DNA of 64,000 nt from Thermoplasmata archaeon (lineage in GTDB: Archaea; Thermoplasmatota; Thermoplasmata; Thermoplasmatales; GCA-001856825), in contig JAJYUZ010000002.1 of the NCBI GenBank assembly GCA_021792255.1, positions 192,001-256,000 of the forward strand, in the 5' to 3' direction. Shown here piece after piece: positions 48,166 to 58,364 of the stretch. Numbering within the stretch: position 1 is the first letter of the stretch; every line of letters starts with the position of its first letter. Under the pieces are notes generated by a model. The model made no database searches. It was not told where the DNA came from and was given only the letters and a program-made list of their open reading frames with translations. Made by a program: the position numbers and the translations under genes.

Positions 48166-49141
48166 TTTCTATCACTCCCTCTTCGTACTTCAGTAATTTA
48201 TCGGAAACCGATTCTCTATCAACACCTTCTCTCACATCATATCCCGGAATACTTAGTATTGATTGGAACCCGGTCGATGGTAGATTTCCGATATAAGACA
48301 TCTTTGTATCTGTCTCTTCCGCCTTCTTAGTTATGCTCGACTGTCCCTCAAATCTTACTTCAAACAGATCGCCAACCATCATCGGATTAATGACGTATCC
48401 GACCTTACCAATTCTCTGAGCTATGTAATAAGCAGAGTCCATCCATTCTTCTGGTTGCCATCTTCCGTTACCGAGTACACAATTCCACTTTCCTGGGTTT
48501 GCATCCGGCTGGATAATAATGTCAGCATCTTCTAATCTTGATAGATATTGAGGCATAAAGGCGTCCAGACTGATGGCAATACCAATATTTTTACTACCGA
48601 GCTTGAAGGGAGTTGTCTGTGAAATTTTTCCTCTAGATATTCCAAGATCTAACTCCATCGAAGTAAGAAAGACCTTATCCTGTTTAAACAAAAGCTTTCC
48701 TGAAGTACCGAACACAAAGGCTGAATTGTAAACCCTTGCTTCAGTAAATTCCCCACTTTCTCCTTTCCTTAAGAACGGGGGCATGTTGTTACACGAAAGG
48801 GTGTAAACGGAATATTTCCTGGATAGTGAACTGAACAAATCGTAGAATTCACTAATGAACTTGCTGGTAAGGGACAAGAATATTGCAGATGTGAAATTTT
48901 GAATCTCTTTCTCCGTTGCAATAGCGTTGATCACATCTTGATTTCTCGAATATAGAACCCGCATAGCCTCGACGGTAGAGTGGGCAGTCAAGCCTGAGAA
49001 GGCAGTCAAAAGTCCTATGTCTTCAGGAAATATTATAAAATCCCCGGGATCAGTTTTCCTGTAAAAATTTTCGACGTGAGCTGAGAAGTTTTCCTTGAAA
49101 TCGTTGTCGTTAATTTCAAATTGGACCCCAATTAACCGCAC
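48155..49141 (-). CDS. Carbon-nitrogen hydrolase (nitrilase superfamily) with Ser at the nucleophile position
   Basis: FPED, YNSAFVF, QDKVFL, IAISLDAF, FEGQS. Confidence 0.8.
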   Translation of the reverse strand: MRLIGVQFEINDNDFKENFSAHVENFYRKTDPGDFIIFPEDIGLLTAFSGLTAHSTVEAMRVLYSRNQDVINAIATEKEIQNFTSAIFLSLTSKFISEFYDLFSSLSRKYSVYTLSCNNMPPFLRKGESGEFTEARVYNSAFVFGTSGKLLFKQDKVFLTSMELDLGISRGKISQTTPFKLGSKNIGIAISLDAFMPQYLSRLEDADIIIQPDANPGKWNCVLGNGRWQPEEWMDSAYYIAQRIGKVGYVINPMMVGDLFEVRFEGQSSITKKAEETDTKMSYIGNLPSTGFQSILSIPGYDVREGVDRESVSDKLLKYEEGVIEIEL

Positions 49142-49198
49142 AATTAATATGTCATTCAGAATTTAAATACTTTCTTGATGCGATCAAATGGAATGTGA

Positions 49199-50167
49199 TC
49201 ATTTTACGACTTTCGAAAGCTTTGAAGGTTTATCTGGGTTAAGACCGCGATAAATTGACGAGTAGTAGGCGAATAACTGTCCAAATATCAATAAAAGAAT
49301 TGACCAGGTTACTTCGTTAATTTTTGATATTCCATATTCCTCTTTCATAAAATCAGTAACATCCAACACACTTTTCGCATATTGGTTTAGATCCTTTTCC
49401 ACCTTGTTGTCTCTAGAAAACATGAAGACCGACCAGTTCTTATCAAGGATCTGTTTCGGGCCATGGAGGAATTCCCTGGTAGGGAAAGCGTAAGATATCG
49501 CGTTGCTTGTCTCCATTAATTTCAAGGAAGCTTCAAGCGCGACTGGGTAGAGTAATCCTGAGCCAAGAAATACAGTATTCGCGGTCGATCGTTCCGCAAG
49601 GCGTCTGATTGCTGTGTCCTTACTGATAATCATTCCTGCATACCTTTCGATGTCACCCATTAGGGCGTCAAGATTCTCATTCTTTCCATGCAAAGCAATC
49701 TTCAGAGATACAAGTAGCTGCGACAAATGGGACTTTGTAGCAGCAAGGGATTCCTCTTTTCCCACGTCAGTATTTATCTTAAAATCGGATCTCTTGTCTA
49801 GTTCTGAATTCGGAATATTTGTGATACCAATGACTCTTGCCTCAACCCTCTTAAGCTCTTCAACTGAATTTATAGCGTCAACGCTCCCTCCGGATTGGCT
49901 GAATACAATCGCTGCCATTTTAGGTCCCTTCTTGAGAAATAGTTGATCCGTCTCGCTGGAAAAGACTGGAAAGCAGCTCTGTCCAGTTCTGTTAAGAAGG
50001 ATTGATAAATACAATGCTGCGTGATAACTGGTTCCATTACCAACGGCATAAATTACATCGGATTCAGCAAGAATTCTGAGAATATTTTCAAAATTATCAA
50101 ACTCTTTTGCCTTGTAATTTTCTACTATAGCTGATTCTGACCTGATTTCCTCCAGCATGAAATGCAT
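49199..50167 (-). CDS. SIS-domain sugar-phosphate isomerase/deaminase (GlmS C-terminal/GlmD-like)
   Basis: GNGTSYHA, SQSG, AATKS, EASLKLME, EFLHGP, NPDKPSKLSKVV; no glutaminase domain. Confidence 0.88.
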   Translation of the reverse strand: MHFMLEEIRSESAIVENYKAKEFDNFENILRILAESDVIYAVGNGTSYHAALYLSILLNRTGQSCFPVFSSETDQLFLKKGPKMAAIVFSQSGGSVDAINSVEELKRVEARVIGITNIPNSELDKRSDFKINTDVGKEESLAATKSHLSQLLVSLKIALHGKNENLDALMGDIERYAGMIISKDTAIRRLAERSTANTVFLGSGLLYPVALEASLKLMETSNAISYAFPTREFLHGPKQILDKNWSVFMFSRDNKVEKDLNQYAKSVLDVTDFMKEEYGISKINEVTWSILLLIFGQLFAYYSSIYRGLNPDKPSKLSKVVK

Positions 50168-50517
50168 GAGAACTGAATTTGCTTCTTCTTATATTCCTTT
50201 CCTTCTATGACACTTTTGCTCCTCATATATTCTTTAAAAATATGTCCGAATAGTCTCCTTTCTATGCTTTCTGACGGGTACCTGGATTTGCACTCATTAT
50301 ATGACAACTCACACCAAGGCAGTGACCAAAAGTCACCATTTCAATTTGAAAAACGCGTGCTGCGCTAACTAATATAAATTCGCATAAGAACTTAGCATCA
50401 AAAGCTCACTCTCCAGCTCAATGATAAGAAATTCTCAAGAGATATGCTCGCCAAGAGCCATTTAGGCAGACTGAAATTCAAGTAAGGTTTAAATTATTTC
50501 GTCTTTTTCATATTTAG

Positions 50518-51270
50518 ATGGATTTTTCTGAATACCTGAGAAAAATTGAATTAGATGACACACGGAAAAATCTACTACTACAATCGAAAAGAATAGTGAC
50601 ATTTGCTCCCCATCCCGATGACAACGAACTGATCGCAGGAGGTTTTATTGCGAGTAAAATTCGGGAGGGGTCAGAGTTTTTTCTGATTGTAGCGAGTGAT
50701 GGAAGGAAGGGTAGTAAGTCAATAGGGGAAGAAGAGTTGAAAGAGATCAGAAAGAAGGAGCAGGAGAGTGCACTGGCAGTACTAGGCTCAAATAACATCA
50801 GATTCCTTGGTTACAAAGATTCAGAGGTACCGCAACCTTCTCTTTTGAGAAATGATGTGATCAAGATAATTCGTGAACTCTCACCAGACTTAGTCATAAC
50901 AGTCGATCCCTACCTTCTCTACGAATCACATCCAGATCACGTCAACGTGGGCATGGCAGTACTCCAGTCCGTACTCTTTGAAGAATTTCCAAATATTGGA
51001 GAAGGGAAAACAGTCAAGAGCCCTAATGTTGCCTTGGGCTTTACGTACAACCCTAACGTGATTCTTGACTGTACAGGTACAATGGATAAGAAGATTTTAG
51101 CAATAAAAGCCCATAAGTCCCAGTTTACGGATGATTCTTCTATCGATTTGGTCAAAGGGATTTCTGCTCTCTATGGTCATAGGGTGGGAGCTCAATTCGC
51201 AGAACCATTCAGGGTGCTACTTCCTCACGAATTGCACATCAATATTCTAGGAGGGATGAATCCATGGTAG
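50518..51270 (+). CDS. PIG-L/LmbE deacetylase (diacetylchitobiose deacetylase-like)
   Basis: APHPDDNE, HPDH, HKSQ, AEPFR. Confidence 0.9.
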   Translation: MDFSEYLRKIELDDTRKNLLLQSKRIVTFAPHPDDNELIAGGFIASKIREGSEFFLIVASDGRKGSKSIGEEELKEIRKKEQESALAVLGSNNIRFLGYKDSEVPQPSLLRNDVIKIIRELSPDLVITVDPYLLYESHPDHVNVGMAVLQSVLFEEFPNIGEGKTVKSPNVALGFTYNPNVILDCTGTMDKKILAIKAHKSQFTDDSSIDLVKGISALYGHRVGAQFAEPFRVLLPHELHINILGGMNPW

Positions 51271-52631
51271 TTTCGGAACCAGTTCCCGATAAGGAAAGCG
51301 TAAATAAACGAAACCCAGCGAAATCCTCGACAGTCTCAGGTTCCCTGCCAATGAAGTTAAAGATACTCTACAGCTTCGGTCAGATGGGAGTAAACATACC
51401 GACGTACTTCTTCGTTTATCTCTGGGCGATTTATTCCCCACATGGAGGGACGCAGTTGATTCCACCTGCCCTCCTTGGGACCGCATTTGGGGTTGGAGTA
51501 ATAGTCCAAGCAATTGCAAATCCGTTCATTGGAAACCTAAGCGACAAGTTAAAATGGAAAATGGGAAGGAGGAGGCCATTCATACTGATAGGTGCGATTC
51601 CGCTCGCAATCAGTTTTATGCTCCTTTTCAGACCGATATCCCAAAACCAATTTTCGAATTTTGTGTATGTAGCCGCTGATTTTGCACTGTTTAATTTCCT
51701 TTACACTTTTGTAGTTCTGCCGTACCTTGCAATGATTCCCGAAATTTCTTTGAACTCTGACGATAGAGTAAAACTTCTAAGCGTAAGTTCGTATTTCAAC
51801 GTCTTTCCCACCATACTGATACTTTTTCTTACAGGGATCTTACTGGAAAAAGGGTACTCTTTCTTCGTAATAGGAGCGGGTGTATCCATCCTCATCGTAA
51901 TATCATTCTTCGTTCCTCTAGTGGCGATACGAAGAGAAAGATTCCAATCTCTGTCTCCCCAATCGTTCAAACTTCCCGAGGCCATTTCCAGTACCTTCAA
52001 GAATAGAACTTTTCTGATTTACGTGTCGTCATATGTGTTTATTATTTTTGGAATGTATGCTTTCGTGAACGCCCTAACCTATTATACAGGCATAGTCATC
52101 CTTCCAGGAAGTTCCGTACAGGCTTATTCTAGTTTTTCCTCTTACATTCTTGCGATTGTATTCATTTTCCTAGCAATTTTCTCTGTCGTCACGATGAAAC
52201 TGTCAAAGAAGTTAACAAAAAAGAGAGCGATGATAATACTTTCTTCCATACTTGCCTTAGGGATGTTACTTCTCGGAATTATACCTTCAAATCCTTCTAT
52301 GGAACTGTTGATTCCGATGTTGGCAATAGTAGGACTGGGGGCGACCGCTCCGATAATCCTCACTTACGCAGTGCTTTCAGACATAATAGATGAAGACGAG
52401 ATCAGAACCGGATACAGAAGAGAAGGAATGTACTTCGGAATCCAGGGATTGATAGAGAGAGTACCATATGCGCTCTCTGGAATGTTCGTGGGTTGGTACT
52501 ATTCGGCTTTTTATCTTCCGACATCTTCTCAAATGACGATTAGATACATTCCATTCATAGCGGCTTTCTCGACGGTGATAATGGTAGTAATATTCACAAG
52601 AGTACCACTAAAAGAGAAACTCAAGGGATAG
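51264..52631 (+). CDS. GPH-family (MelB-like) sugar transporter
   Basis: GRRRPF, DIIDEDE..TGYRREGMYFG. Confidence 0.9.
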   Translation: MVVSEPVPDKESVNKRNPAKSSTVSGSLPMKLKILYSFGQMGVNIPTYFFVYLWAIYSPHGGTQLIPPALLGTAFGVGVIVQAIANPFIGNLSDKLKWKMGRRRPFILIGAIPLAISFMLLFRPISQNQFSNFVYVAADFALFNFLYTFVVLPYLAMIPEISLNSDDRVKLLSVSSYFNVFPTILILFLTGILLEKGYSFFVIGAGVSILIVISFFVPLVAIRRERFQSLSPQSFKLPEAISSTFKNRTFLIYVSSYVFIIFGMYAFVNALTYYTGIVILPGSSVQAYSSFSSYILAIVFIFLAIFSVVTMKLSKKLTKKRAMIILSSILALGMLLLGIIPSNPSMELLIPMLAIVGLGATAPIILTYAVLSDIIDEDEIRTGYRREGMYFGIQGLIERVPYALSGMFVGWYYSAFYLPTSSQMTIRYIPFIAAFSTVIMVVIFTRVPLKEKLKG

Positions 52632-52905
52632 AAGATTCGGCGCAGCATAAACTCTTTACAGACAACTTGAGATAGAAACTGCGTGGAATAGCGAGACGAA
52701 TTTAGCACCTTAAATAATAGACAAAAACAGCGGACTAAGGATGTCTGTAAGGGGTCTTGGACAAATAGCTGGGAGTGAGACACCTCTGGCTGGGATTGTG
52801 TCATAGCGTAGGGGAGGAACAAATATTGGAGTAAGTACTCAAATTCCAGTTTAGAGGAACAGCTGTGAATAATTCCAAAAGGTGATCTGACTCGAAGAAA
52901 AATAG

Positions 52906-54108
52906 ATGCTGATGGTTAAATATTTGTCACGCGTTTCATTAATCATGAATGACGGATTCAATACCCGAGCTGTCCAGTCAGGGGAGTTTAGGGACAAAAG
53001 AATTGGAAACGTTACTACCCCCATTTTCGAGACGTCAACTTTCTACAACCCGAATCCCAACGAATCTGCATACACAGATCACACCAGAAACAAACCATAT
53101 ATGTACACGAGATGGGGAAATCCGACGCTCGAATCCTTGGAGAGGAAATATGCATCACTAGATGCTGTTGAGGAGTCACTTTCATTTTCCTCCGGAATGG
53201 GGGCTATCACATCTTCGGTTCTTTCACTGCTTAAGAAGGGCGACAGGCTCCTCTCCGTGAAGGAGCTCTACGGGGAAACGTTCGTTTTCTTCACGAGATA
53301 TCTGCCCTCTATCGGCATTGATGTCGACATAGTCAAATTGGACGAGATGAATTCAGGGAATGTCAACTTGAACGGTTATGTGGGTCTATATACGGAATCT
53401 GTAGTGAATCCGACTCTCGGAGTTTGCGATATCCAGCTACTTGGTAAAATGACGAATGAAGCTGGAATCCCGCTATTTGTAGACGCAACGTTTGCTACTC
53501 CATATAATCAGAATCCATCAAAACTGGGGGCTGCTTTCACGCTTCACAGTGGAACCAAATATATTGGAGGGCATAGTGACATTTTGCTGGGACTTGCCGG
53601 CTTCGAAAGGAAGAACATGGAAGCAGTCTGGGGAAAGAGAAAACTGCTTGGAGCTTCTCCGGATCCGATCCAAGCGTATCTGGGACTCAGAGGGTTAAAA
53701 ACGCTGGGACTGAGGATGAAAGCTCACAACGAGAATGCTTTTGAAATAGCCAAGTTCTTGTCGGACCACAAAAGAGTTGCAAAAGTTCTATACCCTGGTT
53801 TGGAAGGATTTGCGTATAACAAGATAGCGAAGAGAAACTTGACTGGTTTCGGAGGCATGGTCTCTTTCGAACTTGCAGGAGGTTTGAATTCAGCCAGAGA
53901 CATGGCTAAGAAACTCAGGCTCTTCTCCTACGCTCCGAGCCTCGGAGGAGTAGAATCTCTCCTCACCCTTCCTGCTGAAACTTCTCATCTAAGTCTGACT
54001 CCAGCGGAAAGAAAGGAGGCAGGGATAGCCGATGGTCTGGTTAGAATGTCCGTCGGGATCGAGAATAAAGAGGACCTTATAGAGGATCTCAAGATCGCAC
54101 TTGGATGA
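52906..54108 (+). CDS. Cys/Met metabolism PLP enzyme (cystathionine gamma-synthase/lyase family)
   Basis: YTRWGNPT, FSSGMGAI, DATFATP, HSGTKYIGGHSD, SLGGVESL; start may be MNDG at 52945. Confidence 0.92.
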   Translation: MLMVKYLSRVSLIMNDGFNTRAVQSGEFRDKRIGNVTTPIFETSTFYNPNPNESAYTDHTRNKPYMYTRWGNPTLESLERKYASLDAVEESLSFSSGMGAITSSVLSLLKKGDRLLSVKELYGETFVFFTRYLPSIGIDVDIVKLDEMNSGNVNLNGYVGLYTESVVNPTLGVCDIQLLGKMTNEAGIPLFVDATFATPYNQNPSKLGAAFTLHSGTKYIGGHSDILLGLAGFERKNMEAVWGKRKLLGASPDPIQAYLGLRGLKTLGLRMKAHNENAFEIAKFLSDHKRVAKVLYPGLEGFAYNKIAKRNLTGFGGMVSFELAGGLNSARDMAKKLRLFSYAPSLGGVESLLTLPAETSHLSLTPAERKEAGIADGLVRMSVGIENKEDLIEDLKIALG

Positions 54109-54112
54109 GCAA

Positions 54113-55477
54113 TTAACTCTGATCAAGCTTGAATTCCGTGCCCACTTCTTCAAATATTTTCTTCTCTCTCTCAACTGCCACTGACAGACAACACTGTTTC
54201 GAGCTCTCGTATCCATTTTCTCCAAGTCTATCCGCAGCGTTGCCTATTGCTTTAAGGATCATTTCAGCGGCAGTTTCGAAATCTCCAGAAGGGAATACGT
54301 AACCATTTGAATCGTTCACGACGAGTTCACTGACCCCCGCTCCACTGCTGACGACGGCAGGCTTCTTGTTAGTCCATCCTTCTAGAACTGTTATTCCAAA
54401 TCCTTCGAGGCTCGAGGTGAGTAAGACGACTGATGCCAGATTGTAAGCAGCTTTTAGCTCTTCCCGAGAGGAATGACCAAGGAAAATCACGTTTTCCACT
54501 AGGTTTAACTCTTTCACAAGTTTTTCAAGCTCTGATTTCCAAGATGCCCCTTTCCCAAATCCAAGACCGCCCCTAGAAGACGAAGAAAAACTGCCATTTC
54601 CTATTAATGCAAGCTTCATTTTTGCTTTCTTGCTCGCAATGGCAAATGCCTTTATCCCAACGTCTTGAGACTTTATTCTGTCCATTCTTGCTACTATTAT
54701 TACTAATTTCTCATCTTCCTTGAGACCTATCTTTTTCCTCAGTTTTTCGACTTCTTCTGTTTCAGCAGGGTTAATCCAGTCTTTGGGATCGATGTAGGGG
54801 TAAAGTTGGTATGCTCTTCCTCTGTAGTCCGATTTGATTAATCCTTCTAGGTCCCTTCTTGTGCTAACAACAACTGCATCGAAACTTTCCATGCCCTTCA
54901 CTACTATTCTTCTCGCAAACTTACCCATTTTCTCTGGTACGAATGGAATGTGCCATCTTAGGACAGCAGGAGCTGCTGGACCTATGGCCGTACCAGTCAT
55001 TAGAAGTTGGAAGTCCTGGACATAAAATAGGTCTATGTCCTTTATATATTCGAACATCTTCTTTGCGTTTTCCCAGTTATAGGTCGCGTATGCATTGAAT
55101 TCATCCTGGGTAAATCTTGTCTTTCCGACACCGTGAATCTCTGACCACAAACCCTCCTTGAATATTGTGTAATTTCTAAGAACTCTTTCATCTATTTCGA
55201 CGTGAGAGATCATAAGGTTGCCTATGGAGAGGCGTGGCGGGTAGTTTATACCAAGAGAGACCCATATAACTCTGTCGAGAAATCCATCTTCCAGCATGCT
55301 CTTAACAGCAGGATAAAGCATGTTGGTTACTCCGCCCGGAGTGAACTCGTAATCTAAACCTTCTTCCAGACTCTGAATATCCAATGGGTCTGAAAGATTG
55401 CCATATTTCTCCAAGAGATCTTCGTAGCTCAGCTTAAATCTCACTACTGGAGTTTGGCTATCAACACAGATTTTCAT
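54113..55477 (-). CDS. GT4 glycosyltransferase (TreT-like)
   Basis: PGGV, LRWHIP, ARMDRIK, EGFGITVLEG. Confidence 0.82.
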   Translation of the reverse strand: MKICVDSQTPVVRFKLSYEDLLEKYGNLSDPLDIQSLEEGLDYEFTPGGVTNMLYPAVKSMLEDGFLDRVIWVSLGINYPPRLSIGNLMISHVEIDERVLRNYTIFKEGLWSEIHGVGKTRFTQDEFNAYATYNWENAKKMFEYIKDIDLFYVQDFQLLMTGTAIGPAAPAVLRWHIPFVPEKMGKFARRIVVKGMESFDAVVVSTRRDLEGLIKSDYRGRAYQLYPYIDPKDWINPAETEEVEKLRKKIGLKEDEKLVIIVARMDRIKSQDVGIKAFAIASKKAKMKLALIGNGSFSSSSRGGLGFGKGASWKSELEKLVKELNLVENVIFLGHSSREELKAAYNLASVVLLTSSLEGFGITVLEGWTNKKPAVVSSGAGVSELVVNDSNGYVFPSGDFETAAEMILKAIGNAADRLGENGYESSKQCCLSVAVEREKKIFEEVGTEFKLDQS

Positions 55478-55824
55478 CTGCTATAAATAAGAGAATTTAT
55501 TAAAAGGTTATCCCCACTTCTTAATCGAAATGTAGGTTTCGATGCTTTGATTGACTCGTAAGAGTCGTCGGAAACCCTATTTGCCCTCAAATTTTGTAAA
55601 TTTTTTAGGGTGGCCCAACTTTAATGAGAAGCTTAGGAGTCGTGGTACATTTAACGAAGTTCGGTTTGGTTTGATCAAGAACTGCCATCACGTAATTGGC
55701 CCCTACTCCTATCTCCGCGGGACTGAAAATATCCGTCAACCCGACTATTGAGTCGGAATATAATAATTTGAGTCAAGCTGCACTCTGAAGGTAAAGTTCT
55801 TTAGAGTAAATTGTTTGATACGCT

Positions 55825-56577
55825 ATGTGCAGGATGGTGCTGCTTTGGGGAGATTTCGAGAACGTTTTTGAGCCATTTTTCAGATCACTCTCGGACGTCG
55901 CTGAAAATGACTCCCTTGCAAGAAATGATAATGAACCACTTTCCCACAAAGATGGTTGGGGGATATTGAATATTTCAAAGGAAAGAATAAAACTCGAACG
56001 CTACGGAAATCCGCTAACTCTCAGAGTCGACCCTCCCGATACAAGAAAGGGTGTTGCCATAATACACGCTAGAGCAGCCGCAAAAGGAGAAGGAATGGGA
56101 ATACTGAACGCTCATCCATTTCATTTACAGGACGAAACTTATGATGTTTACATCACTCACAATGGGTGGTTTGACAAGTACAAAATCAACGAGTTGCTGA
56201 AACTAGGCTCGGTCAAGAATATGAACGACTCCGAGGTGTTCTTGAAGCTCGTAATGACCCAAAAAGGACCAATAGAAAACAGAGTCAGGACTGCATTAAA
56301 GCTATCGAGGAAGAATGGTTATATGAAGGGGGGAGCGAACGTCTACGTGGTCAGCATTAAACGGGGGACGAACAAAGTGTCCATAATTTACCATACCGAT
56401 ACCAGTCAGGAAAAAACTTATGGCGAGTACAACAAGTTGTATCTCATGAAAGGTAGGACTTGGACCGGTGTCACCTCTAGCAGCTTAAGACTATCCAGGT
56501 ATTTTCCAAAAAAGATAGAAATAGAAGAGCTCAGGAGGGGAAAAATCTACACTGCCAAAATGGAGCTTTCTAATTGA
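55825..56577 (+). CDS. Class II glutamine amidotransferase-like Ntn protein (YafJ/EgtC-like)
   Basis: MCRM, HKDGWG, HARAA, NAHPF, HNG, DSE. Confidence 0.88.
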   Translation: MCRMVLLWGDFENVFEPFFRSLSDVAENDSLARNDNEPLSHKDGWGILNISKERIKLERYGNPLTLRVDPPDTRKGVAIIHARAAAKGEGMGILNAHPFHLQDETYDVYITHNGWFDKYKINELLKLGSVKNMNDSEVFLKLVMTQKGPIENRVRTALKLSRKNGYMKGGANVYVVSIKRGTNKVSIIYHTDTSQEKTYGEYNKLYLMKGRTWTGVTSSSLRLSRYFPKKIEIEELRRGKIYTAKMELSN

Positions 56578-56954
56578 ACGTTTTCGATTCACCTCCCTAA
56601 ATATGCAGAAAACTGCTCAACTCACATTAGTAACCTCAAATCTTTCAGGGAGGAGACGCCTGGAAACAAAACCGCAAATGAAAACATAGCTAGAACAGGT
56701 TGAGCCCCGCACATGCTGAAAGACTCTTTGAATTTGAATCACTACAGTGCCGATCCAGAAAGGCACAATTAAAGATCTAGCGGTCTAAGAACTGACCAAA
56801 ACCCTCGGTACGATAAAGGTGATGATTAAGACGGATCAAAGCAGGGAGTGAAATATATCTCAAATTCTACCACTCAAAAATCTGTTTCAGGCATCCAGTC
56901 AATTATCTGACCACGCGATGAAAAATATATATATCGGAATTCTAAAGATAAGTA

Positions 56955-57569
56955 GTGCTAAACGACGATTTCTGGGATTATTTTGAAGACAAAGGTATTC
57001 CTGAATCCGAGGTCAATAGATTGCTCGAAGAGAGTAAGATAGTAGTGCAGTATGAGAGAAGTATGCTAAAGAATGGAAGATACTGGCAGATTTCAAAGGA
57101 CGAGGTCAGATCCATATATTCAATTATTAGACAGAGAAAGCCAAAAATAGTGATTGAAACGGGCATGGGTTCCGGGGTGTCCACAACGAGCATTCTTTCG
57201 GCACTTAAGCACGAGGGGAAATTGATTAGCATAGATCCAGGGATTCCATACGGGAAGGGAGACAAGGAAGTCGGTTTCATCATACCGACTGAACTCAGAT
57301 CCAATCTAGAATACGTCAAGGGTACGTCTTCAGAAAAGCTGAAAGAGGTCTTAAGTTCCTTGCAATCACTCGACGCATTCTTTCACGACTCTGATCATTC
57401 TTACGATAATGTAATGTTTGAGTTGAATTGCGTCTGGTCAAAGATAAGATCGGATCCTCTCATGCTGATTGATAATTATGACTGGTCGGAGGCCGCCAAA
57501 GATTTTGCAAAGAAGAAGCACTTAAAGCTGAGAAACCTTGCAGATGATCTTGCACTTTTATCTAAGTGA
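56955..57569 (+). CDS. Class I SAM-dependent methyltransferase
   Basis: IETGMGSGVST, FFHDSDHSY, IDN. Confidence 0.85.
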   Translation: MLNDDFWDYFEDKGIPESEVNRLLEESKIVVQYERSMLKNGRYWQISKDEVRSIYSIIRQRKPKIVIETGMGSGVSTTSILSALKHEGKLISIDPGIPYGKGDKEVGFIIPTELRSNLEYVKGTSSEKLKEVLSSLQSLDAFFHDSDHSYDNVMFELNCVWSKIRSDPLMLIDNYDWSEAAKDFAKKKHLKLRNLADDLALLSK

Positions 57570-57590
57570 AATTGAATCTCAAGTACCAGT

Positions 57591-58364
57591 CTACCGTGCT
57601 TCCAGGAAATCGAGTGAATCGGTCAGTTCTCTTACGTCGTCGTTGATACCAGATAACCAGTAGAAGTCCTGAATGATTCTGGACCTAATGACGTTCAGAT
57701 TTTTAGATTTGTAGCTGCGGAATTCAAATGGTGGACTTGTTCTTAAGAGGATCAGATTACTCGCTTTTCCCTTGTACACCGCCTTCTTTTTTCCAGTGAG
57801 TAGTTCTCTCCATTCTTCGTCCGATACCTTCCCCTCGCTCCTCCTTATGATCGTCTCTGCAGATATCCTCACGAAGTTCCATGAAAAAGACATTCCTTCA
57901 AAGAGAAGAAGGGTGTGAGTTTTCTTTATCAAAAACAGAACTCTCGAAAGTACCACCTTTTTCGCGGGGTCTCTTGAAAACGAAGTAAGTTCGCCACTCA
58001 AAAACTCTCTAATGGTCTTCTTCAACGACGTCTCATTCAGGGCCCTGTCACAAAAATAGAGGTATTCTTTTTTGAGGGACCTCCTAAGGTTTACAAAATT
58101 GTCGGTCTCATAGTACCCTCTAACCGCAATTCCTCTTATCGAGTCCACTATCTTGCAGACTTTCTGTGAATCTTCGTGCTGTACTTCTATAATGGAAGAA
58201 GATGATCTAACATGAGAGTCTGTCCTCGAAGAGCCATATATTTTCTTTATACCGATGGGTGATAGTGCTTTCAATATTTCTCCCTGAACAGTAGGTAAGT
58301 TGGGCTGGATCTGGAAACCGTAAAACGATTCATCGTAGGCTATCTTGAGTAAGCAGTATTTCAT
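57591..58364 (-). CDS. truA: tRNA pseudouridine(38-40) synthase
   Basis: KIAYD..GFQIQP..TVQGE, SRTD, SF.WN.VR; start MKYC at 58364. Confidence 0.85.
   Translation of the reverse strand: MKYCLLKIAYDESFYGFQIQPNLPTVQGEILKALSPIGIKKIYGSSRTDSHVRSSSSIIEVQHEDSQKVCKIVDSIRGIAVRGYYETDNFVNLRRSLKKEYLYFCDRALNETSLKKTIREFLSGELTSFSRDPAKKVVLSRVLFLIKKTHTLLLFEGMSFSWNFVRISAETIIRRSEGKVSDEEWRELLTGKKKAVYKGKASNLILLRTSPPFEFRSYKSKNLNVIRSRIIQDFYWLSGINDDVRELTDSLDFLEAR

Noticed and set aside
52654-52752. 11-bp imperfect inverted repeat upstream of the Cys/Met PLP gene (possible riboswitch or MITE)
   Set aside because: No SAM-riboswitch core, target-site duplication or second copy was seen.
55533-55579. Hammerhead-like look (TGATTGA-stem-GAAAC)
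   Set aside because: The CUGANGA core and the GAAA spacing are not satisfied.
56819-56910. Possible C/D box sRNA (GTGATGA ... CTGA)
   Set aside because: The spacing of about 90 nt is too long and no internal D'/C' boxes are evident.
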